32,000 bases of DNA, from assembly GCF_000011805.1 (NCBI RefSeq), contig NC_006840.2, one strand, 5' to 3'. Of this stretch, positions 21,077 through 32,000 are shown in pieces (position 1 is the first letter of the stretch; each line of letters opens with the position of its first letter). This DNA is from Aliivibrio fischeri ES114. Lineage in GTDB: Bacteria; Pseudomonadota; Gammaproteobacteria; Enterobacterales; Vibrionaceae. The notes under the pieces are model-generated. The model had not been told where the DNA came from. It saw nothing but the letters and a program-made list of their open reading frames with translations, and ran no database searches. The translations under genes and the position numbers were made by a program.

Positions 21077-21614
21077 TTACTTTACAAATAAAAAGAAGTT
21101 TTCTTGTTATTTATGAAAGTTGCTAACTCGTTTGTAAAAAAAGACCGTAAATAATAACGATATTCCGCTATCTCTATTCTAATTTATATCAATAAAAGTC
21201 GCATAAACTGGCAATTATTAGAGAAAAACACCGTTTTATATTAAATATTTATTCATTTTGATGAAAAAAAGTGAAATTTACGTGCAACTTTAGTTGGTAT
21301 TTAATATGACAAAAATGTAGGATAGTTACATCGTTAATTAGTTTAATTTGCCACCAATATGGTTATTGGGGCGTTTCGATAGTGATATCTACCCTCTTTA
21401 AACAAGTACTACGGATAAAAGTATTTGATGGATATCACAATGGATTGGTTAGTTTGCACGTCACAATAAGTGATGCCAGTAAACACCAGAATGGATTCAA
21501 ACTTGCAACCTCTTGAGACTAACTCACTGCAAGTTCGATTTGAAAATTAGCAAAGGACTAGACAGAAACTTACGTAGAGAAGTTGTGTCTGCATTAAACT
21601 GGAAGGAAGTATCT

Positions 21615-24600
21615 ATGGTAGATAGAGAGCAGAATGCACAAGGCATGTATACTCCAGAACTGGAGCATGATGCGTGTGGTATCGGTTTTGTCGCTCACCT
21701 AAAGAACCGCAAATCTCATGATGTGGTAACTCAAGCACTTGATATGCTAGCTCGAATGGAGCACCGTGGCGGTCAAGGCTGTGATCCATGCAGTGGTGAT
21801 GGCGCGGGTATTCTTTTACAGAAGCCACATGAGTTTTTATTAGAAGAAGCCGTTAAACTCAGCATTAAATTACCTTCTTTTGAAAAATATGGTGTTGGTG
21901 TTGTTCTATTCCCTAAAGATGAACACAAACGTCAACAATGTAGAGATATTTTAGAACGTAATGCACAACGCTTGGATTTAGAAATCCTTGGCTACCGCGT
22001 TCTTCCTGTCGATAACTCGATGTTAGGTGATGATCCTCTAAGCACAGAACCACAATTTGAACACGTATTTATTTCTGGTGGCCCATCAATGAGCCCTGAA
22101 GAACTAGAACGTAAATTATATGTTTTACGTAACTATACGGTTCGTGTGTGTTTAGAAAGCATTTCAAATATCGGTGATGATTTTTACATTAACTCTCTAT
22201 CGTACAAAACCTTGGTATATAAAGGTCAATTAACGACTGAACAAGTACCACAGTACTTCTTAGATTTACAAAATCCAACGATGGTGACAGCCTTAGCATT
22301 AGTTCACTCTCGTTTCTCAACGAATACTTTCCCACGCTGGCGTTTAGCTCAACCATTCCGTTACATTGCGCATAACGGTGAAATCAATACAGTTCGTGGT
22401 AACTTAAATTGGATGAAAGCGCGTGAAGCGATCATCGAATCTGATTTATTCACTCAACAAGAAATTGATATGCTACTGCCTATCTGTCAAGAAGGCAGCT
22501 CTGACTCATCTAACTTTGATATGGCTTTAGAACTTCTGGTTCTTTCTGGTCGTAGCTTGCCACATGCACTAATGATGATGATCCCTGAAGCATGGCAAGA
22601 AAATAAAAACATGGACCCAACGCGTCGTGCATTTTACCAATATCATGCAAACGTAATGGAACCATGGGATGGCCCAGCTTCTGTTTGTTTCACCGATGGT
22701 GTACAGGTAGGTGCAACACTTGACCGTAATGGTCTTCGCCCTTCTCGTTATACTGTGACAAAAGATGACTTCCTTGTCATGGCTTCAGAATCAGGTGTTG
22801 TTGACATTGCACCTGAAAACGTAGAATTCCGTGGTCGTTTACAGCCAGGGCGTATCTTTGTTGCTGACTTAGAGCAAGGCCGTATTATTTCTGATGAAGA
22901 AGTAAAAGATGGTATTGCTAATGCGCAGCCTTATCAAAAATGGGTTGAAGAAAACCTATTAAGTTTAAATAAACTGCCTGAAGCAACAAACCAATTCAGT
23001 CAACCATCTCCTGAGCGTCTACTAAACCGTCAACAAGCGTTTGGTGTGACATCAGAAGAAGTGAATGAAATTATTCTGCCATTAGCAAAAACGGCGTATG
23101 AACCCTTAACTGCAATGGGTGCCGATTGGCCATTAGCAATTCTTTCACATCAATCTCAGCATTTATCTAACTACTTTAAGCAATTATTTGCACAGGTAAC
23201 TAACCCACCGATCGATCCGATCCGTGAGCGTATGGTGATGTCTCTGAATACCTATTTAGGTAAAGATCAGAACTTACTGACTGAAACACCTGAACACTGT
23301 CAAAAAGTAGAACTTGAATCCCCTGTTCTTTCTAACTCTGAGTTAGAAAAGCTTCGTGCGATTGATAACGAACACTTACAAGCTAAAACGCTTGATATCG
23401 TTTTCCAAGCAAATGAAGACGCAGGCAAACTTGAACGAGCACTTAAACGCATTTGTCAGTATGCAGAAGATGCTGTAATCGATGGTTACTCTATTATCCT
23501 TCTGACAGACCGTGCAGTGAACTCAAACCATGCTGCAATTCCTGCAATGCTTGCTGTAGGTGCTGTTCATCACCATCTAATTCGTAAAGGTTTACGAGCT
23601 AAATGTGACATCGTTATTGAAACGGGTGACGCTCGTGAAACTCACCATTTTGCAACACTCGTTGGCTATGGCGCTAACGCAGTAAACCCATACCTTGTTA
23701 TTGAAACCATTGTTGAACTGCAGAGAACAAAGAAACTTGATCCTGAAGTATCAACAAAAGAATATTTTGATAACTACCGTAAAGGGGTTAATGGCGGTTT
23801 ACTTAAGATCTTCTCTAAAATGGGTATTTCAACACTGCAGTCTTATCATGGTGCTCAAATCTTTGAAGCGCTTGGTATTAGTAAGCCAGTTGTTGATAAA
23901 TACTTCACAGGTACCGTTTCTCGTATCCAAGGTCTAACGATTGATGATATCGCAAAAGAAGTTCTTATCCGCCACCGTGTAGGTTATCCAACGCGCGAAA
24001 TCCCTGTGCAAGTTCTTGATGTTGGTGGTGTATACCAATGGAAACAACGTGGTGAAAAACACTTGTTTAACCCTGAAACGATTTCACTACTACAAGAATC
24101 AACTCGTAATAAAGATTACGCTCAATTTAAGAAATATGCGAAAGCAGTAGATGATCAAGGTGATGATGCAGCAACACTACGTAGCCAACTTGATTTCATT
24201 AAAAACCCTGCAGGTTCAATCCCTCTGGAAGAAGTAGAGCCAATTGAGAATATTCTGAAACGTTTTGCAACTGGTGCAATGTCGTTTGGTTCAATTTCTC
24301 ATGAAGCTCACTCAACACTTGCAGTGGCAATGAACCGCATTGGTGCTAAATCTAACTCAGGCGAAGGTGGTGAAGACCCTATCCGTTTTGAGAAGAAAGA
24401 TAATGGTGACTGGGAACGTTCAGCTATCAAACAAGTCGCATCTGGTCGTTTTGGTGTTACCTCTTATTACCTAACTAACGCTGATGAGCTGCAAATTAAG
24501 ATGGCTCAAGGTGCAAAACCAGGCGAAGGTGGTCAACTGCCTGGTGATAAAGTCGATGATTGGATTGGTGCAACACGTCACTCTACTCCTGGGGTTGGTC

Positions 24601-26162
24601 TGATTTCACCACCGCCACATCATGATATTTATTCTATCGAAGATTTAGCACAACTTATCTACGATCTGAAAAACGCCAACCGTAAAGGACGCGTTAACGT
24701 TAAGTTAGTATCTGAAGCTGGTGTTGGTACTATCGCTTCTGGTGTAGCTAAAGCCAAAGCCGATGTGGTTCTTATTGCTGGTTTTGATGGTGGTACAGGT
24801 GCATCTCCAATGTCATCTATCCGTCATACCGGTCTTCCATGGGAGCTCGGTCTAGCAGAAACACACCAAACGCTACTGAAAAATGGTTTACGTAACCGTA
24901 TCGTTGTTCAGTCAGATGGCCAAATGAAAACACCTCGAGATCTTGCAGTAGCAACGCTTCTTGGTGCAGAAGAATGGGGTGTAGCTACGGCTGCTCTTGT
25001 TGTTGAAGGCTGTATCATGATGCGTAAGTGTCATAAAAATACGTGTCCTGTAGGTATCGCAACGCAAAACAAAACACTTCGTGAGCGCTTTGATGGACGT
25101 GTTGAAGACGTGGTGACGTTCTTCCAATATATGGCTGAAGGCCTACGTGAAGTGATGGCAGAACTTGGTTTCCGCTCTATCGATGAAATGGTTGGTCAAT
25201 CTCATAAACTTAAGGTTCGTGATGACATCGGTCATTGGAAATATAAAAACCTAGACTTAACACCGGTTCTTCATATTGAACAACCACGTGCTGAAGATGG
25301 TATTTATAACCAAATTCAACAACAGCATAACCTTGAAGATGTTCTGGATCGCAAACTTATCCAAGCCGCAATTCCAGCATTAGAACGAGGCGAAGCCGTT
25401 ACTGCAGAATTTGACATCATTAATACAGACCGAAGTGTCGGTACTATGCTGTCAAACGAAATTTCAAAAGTGTATAAAGACCAAGGTTTACCTCAACCGA
25501 TGAACGTTAAATTCAACGGTTCTGCTGGTCAAAGTTTGGGAGCATTCCTAGCTAAAGGCGTGAAATTTGAAGTTGAAGGCGATGCGAACGATTACTGGGG
25601 TAAGGGCTTATCAGGCGGTACACTAGTTCTTTACCCAGATGCGAAATCAACGATTGTCGCTGAAGATAACATTGTTGTTGGTAACGTTTGTTTCTACGGT
25701 GCAACGTCAGGTGAATCTTACATTCGTGGTATGGCTGGTGAACGTTTCTGTGTTCGTAACTCCGGTGCCAAAGTGGTCGTCGAAGGTGTTGGTGATCACG
25801 GTTGTGAATACATGACTGGTGGAGTTGCTGTTATCCTTGGTTCAACGGGTCGTAACTTTGCAGCAGGCATGAGTGGTGGTATCGCTTATGTTTGGGATAA
25901 ATCAGGCGATTTTGAATCCAAACTAAATCCTGAACTTGTTGATTTAGACCCTATTGAACAAGAAGATAAAGATCTTCTATTAGAAATGCTAACCAAGCAT
26001 GTTGAATTCACAGGAAGTGAAGTTGCTCAGTCTTTCTTAGATAACTTTGAAGCTAACTTAGCCTCTTTGGCTAAAGTAATGCCGCGAGATTACAAAGCGG
26101 TACTTCAAAAGCGTAAAGCTGAAGCACAACAAGCACAAACGGAAGAAGTGGAGGCAGTATAA
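21615..26162 (+). CDS. gltB: Glutamate synthase (NADPH) large subunit; start chosen at ATG 21615, after GGAAGG
   Basis: 1515 aa; pre-catalytic DACGIGFVAHLKNRKSHDVV with cysteine nucleophile, SRFSTNTFPRWRLAQPFRYIAHNGEINT, FMN domain SVSEAGVGTIASGVAKAKADVVLIAGFDGGTGASP-type region, C-terminal GXGXG domain. Confidence 0.95.
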   Translation: MVDREQNAQGMYTPELEHDACGIGFVAHLKNRKSHDVVTQALDMLARMEHRGGQGCDPCSGDGAGILLQKPHEFLLEEAVKLSIKLPSFEKYGVGVVLFPKDEHKRQQCRDILERNAQRLDLEILGYRVLPVDNSMLGDDPLSTEPQFEHVFISGGPSMSPEELERKLYVLRNYTVRVCLESISNIGDDFYINSLSYKTLVYKGQLTTEQVPQYFLDLQNPTMVTALALVHSRFSTNTFPRWRLAQPFRYIAHNGEINTVRGNLNWMKAREAIIESDLFTQQEIDMLLPICQEGSSDSSNFDMALELLVLSGRSLPHALMMMIPEAWQENKNMDPTRRAFYQYHANVMEPWDGPASVCFTDGVQVGATLDRNGLRPSRYTVTKDDFLVMASESGVVDIAPENVEFRGRLQPGRIFVADLEQGRIISDEEVKDGIANAQPYQKWVEENLLSLNKLPEATNQFSQPSPERLLNRQQAFGVTSEEVNEIILPLAKTAYEPLTAMGADWPLAILSHQSQHLSNYFKQLFAQVTNPPIDPIRERMVMSLNTYLGKDQNLLTETPEHCQKVELESPVLSNSELEKLRAIDNEHLQAKTLDIVFQANEDAGKLERALKRICQYAEDAVIDGYSIILLTDRAVNSNHAAIPAMLAVGAVHHHLIRKGLRAKCDIVIETGDARETHHFATLVGYGANAVNPYLVIETIVELQRTKKLDPEVSTKEYFDNYRKGVNGGLLKIFSKMGISTLQSYHGAQIFEALGISKPVVDKYFTGTVSRIQGLTIDDIAKEVLIRHRVGYPTREIPVQVLDVGGVYQWKQRGEKHLFNPETISLLQESTRNKDYAQFKKYAKAVDDQGDDAATLRSQLDFIKNPAGSIPLEEVEPIENILKRFATGAMSFGSISHEAHSTLAVAMNRIGAKSNSGEGGEDPIRFEKKDNGDWERSAIKQVASGRFGVTSYYLTNADELQIKMAQGAKPGEGGQLPGDKVDDWIGATRHSTPGVGLISPPPHHDIYSIEDLAQLIYDLKNANRKGRVNVKLVSEAGVGTIASGVAKAKADVVLIAGFDGGTGASPMSSIRHTGLPWELGLAETHQTLLKNGLRNRIVVQSDGQMKTPRDLAVATLLGAEEWGVATAALVVEGCIMMRKCHKNTCPVGIATQNKTLRERFDGRVEDVVTFFQYMAEGLREVMAELGFRSIDEMVGQSHKLKVRDDIGHWKYKNLDLTPVLHIEQPRAEDGIYNQIQQQHNLEDVLDRKLIQAAIPALERGEAVTAEFDIINTDRSVGTMLSNEISKVYKDQGLPQPMNVKFNGSAGQSLGAFLAKGVKFEVEGDANDYWGKGLSGGTLVLYPDAKSTIVAEDNIVVGNVCFYGATSGESYIRGMAGERFCVRNSGAKVVVEGVGDHGCEYMTGGVAVILGSTGRNFAAGMSGGIAYVWDKSGDFESKLNPELVDLDPIEQEDKDLLLEMLTKHVEFTGSEVAQSFLDNFEANLASLAKVMPRDYKAVLQKRKAEAQQAQTEEVEAV

Positions 26163-27634
26163 TGGGTAAGCCTACTGGTTTTTTAGAGCATGGTCGTGAA
26201 CTTCCAAAGAAGATCGACCCTAGTGTTCGAATTCAAGACAATAAAGAATTCGTCTTAAACGAAGAGTTTGGCGACAAAATTAATACTCAAGCATCTCGCT
26301 GTATGGATTGTGGTGTACCGTTTTGTCACAACGGATGCCCTATCGGTAACATTATTCCTGAATTTAACGATGCCGTTTATCGTGATAGTTGGGAAGAAGC
26401 ATGGAAGATTTTAAGTTCAACAAATAACTTTCCAGAATTTACTGGTCGAGTATGTCCAGCTCCTTGTGAAAGTGCCTGTGTTCTTGGTATCAACCAAGAT
26501 CCAATCACAATTTGTAATATCGAGAAAACAATTGTAGAGACGGCATATCGTGAGGGCTACGCACAACCGAAAAAACCTCGTTCACGAACAGGTAAAACGG
26601 TAGCCATTGTTGGTTCAGGTCCTGCTGGCTTAGCAGCAGCAGAGCAACTTAATAGTGCTGGCCATTCAGTCACCGTATATGAGCGTGACGAAAAAGTAGG
26701 TGGACTACTTCGATTTGGCATTCCAGATTTTAAATTAGGAATGGACATTATTGATCGTAAAATCAATTTAATGGCTGATGCTGGTATTAAGTTCGAAGTT
26801 AACGCTCATATTGGTATTGATGTTAATGCACAGCAACTACGCCAAGATTTTGATGTAGTTCTACTTACTGGTGGTTCTACCGTGCCACGAGACCTGCCTA
26901 TTCCTGGTCGTGACCTCAATGGGGTTCACTTTGCAATGGAGTTCCTAGGTCAAAATAACCGCCGTGCTAATAACATGGATTTAAAAACCAAAGAAATCCA
27001 CGCTAAAGGCAAACACGTTGTAGTTATTGGCGGTGGCGATACAGGTTCTGACTGTGTTGGTACTTCTAATCGCCATGGTGCAGCAAGCATTACTCAGGTA
27101 GAGATCATGCCGATCCCACCAGAAAAACGCCCTGCAAATATGCCTTGGCCTCAATATCCGATGATCATGAAAACAACCACTTCTCACGAAGAAGGTTGTG
27201 AACGTCATTGGAATATTTTAACCAAAGAATTTATCTCTGATGATGCAGGTAATGTAAAAGGCCTTCGTATTGCAGATATCGTTTGGCAAGATGCGAAGCC
27301 AGGTGAACGCCCAGGCTTTGATGAAGTTGCAGGCAGTGAACGAGTTATTCCTTGTGACCAAGCCTTCTTAGCTATGGGCTTCTTACATCCAGAACCAACG
27401 GGTGTATTAGCACAATTAGACATCAAGTTAGACGATCGTGGTAATGTGGCTACAGATGGCTTTGCGACAAATCAAAAAGGCGTTTTTGCGGCAGGAGATA
27501 TGCGAACAGGACAATCCCTGGTTGTTCGTTGTATTAATGAAGGTCGTGAATGTGCTCGTGAAATAGATAGCTATCTAATGGGTGGCTCTAATTTAGAAGC
27601 AAAAGCGGATTCATTAATGCTTTCTGCTTCATAA
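26162..27634 (+). CDS. gltD: Glutamate synthase (NADPH) small subunit
   Basis: 490 aa; [50 protein letters not shown]; overlaps the gltB stop as TAATG. Confidence 0.95.
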   Translation: MGKPTGFLEHGRELPKKIDPSVRIQDNKEFVLNEEFGDKINTQASRCMDCGVPFCHNGCPIGNIIPEFNDAVYRDSWEEAWKILSSTNNFPEFTGRVCPAPCESACVLGINQDPITICNIEKTIVETAYREGYAQPKKPRSRTGKTVAIVGSGPAGLAAAEQLNSAGHSVTVYERDEKVGGLLRFGIPDFKLGMDIIDRKINLMADAGIKFEVNAHIGIDVNAQQLRQDFDVVLLTGGSTVPRDLPIPGRDLNGVHFAMEFLGQNNRRANNMDLKTKEIHAKGKHVVVIGGGDTGSDCVGTSNRHGAASITQVEIMPIPPEKRPANMPWPQYPMIMKTTTSHEEGCERHWNILTKEFISDDAGNVKGLRIADIVWQDAKPGERPGFDEVAGSERVIPCDQAFLAMGFLHPEPTGVLAQLDIKLDDRGNVATDGFATNQKGVFAAGDMRTGQSLVVRCINEGRECAREIDSYLMGGSNLEAKADSLMLSAS

Positions 27635-27666
27635 TTTACTAAATTCAGGTTTCCTTCCAAACCTTT

Positions 27667-27694
27667 GGCCAACATTTCGATGTTGGCCTTTTTT
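27667..27694 (+). terminator. Rho-independent terminator downstream of gltBD
   Basis: GGCCAACAT-ttcg-ATGTTGGCC followed by TTTTTT. Confidence 0.92.
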
Positions 27695-27764
27695 CTGCCT
27701 CATAGCTAAAAAGCGACAATTTATAGCATTTTGGATAAATAGTTGTTCAGATAATTGCGTAGGA

Positions 27765-27845
27765 AAAATCGATTATAGCAAGGCATAAATTACAGTAACT
27801 AGTGGATCTAATTACACAATTTATAACGCTGATATAATCGATTTT
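27765..27845. repeat. Imperfect palindrome, two 38-nt arms around a 5-nt loop
   Basis: Outer 13 bp perfect: AAAATCGATTATA ... TATAATCGATTTT; inner blocks ATAAATT/AATTTAT and GTAACTAG/CTAATTAC also pair. Confidence 0.75.
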
Positions 27846-27966
27846 AACAAGCAAGAATGATCAAATACTTATGTAGATTGGTATTAAATACGATTTTTAG
27901 CTATTTTGTACTTATACTTCTTTAATAAACACCTAAATCTATAATAAAAAGTGATTAATTATATTT

Positions 27967-28398
27967 ATGAAAAAATTACTTCTCACTCTAGTTAGCTCTT
28001 CATTACTTGTTGCTTGTAGTCAAAGGACGGAATCAATGGAAGACAAATCAATCGCTCCTTGTGGAGATAAACCCAACTGCATATCAACACTCGACGAGCG
28101 TGAGGAGTTTACTGTAAAACCCTTTATATTAACTAGTTCAGCAAATATGAAAGCAATCAGCCATATTGCCAGTCAATTAAAAGGAGCTAAATTAGTTGAT
28201 ATTAATAATGATTACGCCCGCATTGAATGTACAAGTTCAGTATTCCGTTTTGTTGATGACTTAGAATTACGAATTTACGGTAATACTCTGATTGTTCGCT
28301 CTGAATCACGAACAGGTTATTCAGATTTTGGCGTAAACCGTAAGCGAGTGGAGAAACTAAGAACACTATTAGAAGAAAAGGGACTTATTTCCCAATAA
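27967..28398 (+). CDS. DUF1499 domain-containing lipoprotein
   Basis: 143 aa; lipobox LLVAC; CGDKPNCISTLDE and RIECTSSVFRFVDDLELRIYGNTLIVRSESRTGYSDFGVNRKRVEKLR are typical of DUF1499. Confidence 0.85.
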   Translation: MKKLLLTLVSSSLLVACSQRTESMEDKSIAPCGDKPNCISTLDEREEFTVKPFILTSSANMKAISHIASQLKGAKLVDINNDYARIECTSSVFRFVDDLELRIYGNTLIVRSESRTGYSDFGVNRKRVEKLRTLLEEKGLISQ

Positions 28399-28403
28399 AA
28401 AGC

Positions 28404-28426
28404 CTAACCACTTGAACTACCACTTC
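28404..28426 (-). pseudogene. Remnant of a tRNA-Asp 5' half
   Basis: Minus strand GAAGTGGTAGTTCAAGTGGTTAG against intact GGAGTGGTAGTTCAGTTGGTTAG. Confidence 0.65.
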
Positions 28427-28461
28427 GCTCTGCTTATCTCATTCTATTTTCTACAGACGTA

Positions 28462-28493
28462 AAAAAGCCCTAATCTTTCGATTAGGGCTTTTT
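28462..28493 (-). terminator. Copy 1 of the duplicated rRNA/tRNA operon terminator
   Basis: AAAAAGCCCTAATC-tttc-GATTAGGGCTTTTT, identical to the hairpin at 28644-28675. Confidence 0.8.
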
Positions 28494-28501
28494 CAAATAA
28501 G

Positions 28502-28608
28502 TGGCGGAGTGGACGGGACTTTCTATCGACCTTGAAAGCAGCACGTCCCCCGGTGTGACAGGTCGCTAAGCTCTCCAATAAAAAGCCTAACCAGCTGACT
28601 GCCACTTA
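28502..28608 (-). pseudogene. Degenerate tRNA-Asp copy
   Basis: Minus strand starts AAGTGGCAGTCAGCTGGTTAG, contains CCTGTCACACCGGGGG (anticodon arm) and ends AGTCCCGTCCACTCCGCCA. It spans about 107 nt against 77 nt for the intact gene and has altered interior segments. Confidence 0.75.
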
Positions 28609-28643
28609 GCTCTGTTTATCTCATTCTGTTTTCTACAAACGTA

Positions 28644-28675
28644 AAAAAGCCCTAATCTTTCGATTAGGGCTTTTT
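28644..28675 (-). terminator. Terminator downstream of tRNA-Asp (copy 2)
   Basis: AAAAAGCCCTAATC-tttc-GATTAGGGCTTTTT. Confidence 0.9.
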
Positions 28676-28683
28676 CAAATAAG

Positions 28684-28760
28684 TGGCGGAGTGGACGGGA
28701 CTCGAACCCGCGACCCCCGGCGTGACAGGCCGGTATTCTAACCAACTGAACTACCACTCC
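28684..28760 (-). tRNA. tRNA-Asp (anticodon GTC)
   Basis: Minus strand GGAGTGGTAGTTCAGTTGGTTAGAATACCGGCCTGTCACGCCGGGGGTCGCGGGTTCGAGTCCCGTCCACTCCGCCA; full cloverleaf with encoded CCA. Confidence 0.97.
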
Positions 28761-28791
28761 GCAGTGTCTATTCAGTATATCTTAATTTAAA

Positions 28792-28909
28792 GCCTGGCGA
28801 TGTCCTACTCTCACATGGGGAAACCCCACACTACCATCGGCGCTATTACGTTTCACTTCTGAGTTCGGCATGGGATCAGGTGGGTCCATAACGCTATGGT
28901 CGCCAAGCA
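28792..28909 (-). rRNA. rrf: 5S ribosomal RNA
   Basis: Minus strand TGCTTGGCGACCATAGCG...CCCATGCCGAACTCAGAAGTGAAACG...GAGAGTAGG...CGCCAGGC. Confidence 0.95.
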
Positions 28910-29000
28910 AATTCTTTAATTCGGAAAGCTTAATTCTTAATGCACATTCAATTCGTTTCTTGCAACTTCAAATCCGTTCAAAACCCCTTGGGTGTTGTAT

Positions 29001-31889
<2,889 letters not shown>

Positions 31890-32000
31890 ATACAACCCCA
31901 AGAGGTTTCGTATGGACCATTTGCTTTCACTTTTTAAAAGTGAAGACAAAACAGCAACCAAGGTTGAACTCGTCATTGCGAGTTCTGGTTTTTCGCCGGA
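31890..32000 (-). other. Part of the 16S-23S internal transcribed spacer
   Basis: Immediately upstream of the 23S 5' end. GGTTGTATGGTTAAG at the 5' side is complementary to CTTAACCATACAACA at the 3' side, forming the processing stem. Confidence 0.8.

Noticed and set aside
21182-21195. FNR-like sequence upstream of gltB (ATTTATATCAAT)
   Set aside because: Only one half-site matches the consensus; the other half is degraded (TTGAT...ATTAG), so it is too weak to call.

Overview
This 32 kb window is ordinary housekeeping chromosome from a gammaproteobacterium. Protein content and gene order point to Vibrionaceae, possibly Aliivibrio; that genus call is an inference. In order it carries rpiA, serA, a SIMPL/YggE-like protein(-), mscS(-), yaaA(-), an alanine/sodium symporter(-), a DUF3545 protein, a hemerythrin protein(-), ung(-), nfo(-, with an apparent frameshift), grcA, the thrL-thrA-thrB-thrC attenuated operon(-), an RraA-like protein(-), arcA, a lipoprotein(-), arcB(-), a YhcC-like radical SAM protein(-), gltB-gltD, a DUF1499 lipoprotein, and the 3' part of an rRNA operon (tRNA-Asp, 5S, 23S, all on the minus strand). 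I found no mobile element, CRISPR, phage or defence locus, and no strong candidate for a new biological system. The observations worth a second look are: (1) a 1-nt deletion breaking nfo near its C-terminus; (2) decayed tandem tRNA-Asp copies with duplicated terminators downstream of the rRNA operon; (3) an 81-bp imperfect palindrome between gltD and the DUF1499 gene; (4) a consensus FNR box and a 10-bp perfect inverted repeat in the long arcA upstream region; (5) an unannotated 45-aa hydrophobic small ORF upstream of the symporter; and (6) an RraA-like protein that keeps an Arg-Asp pair.
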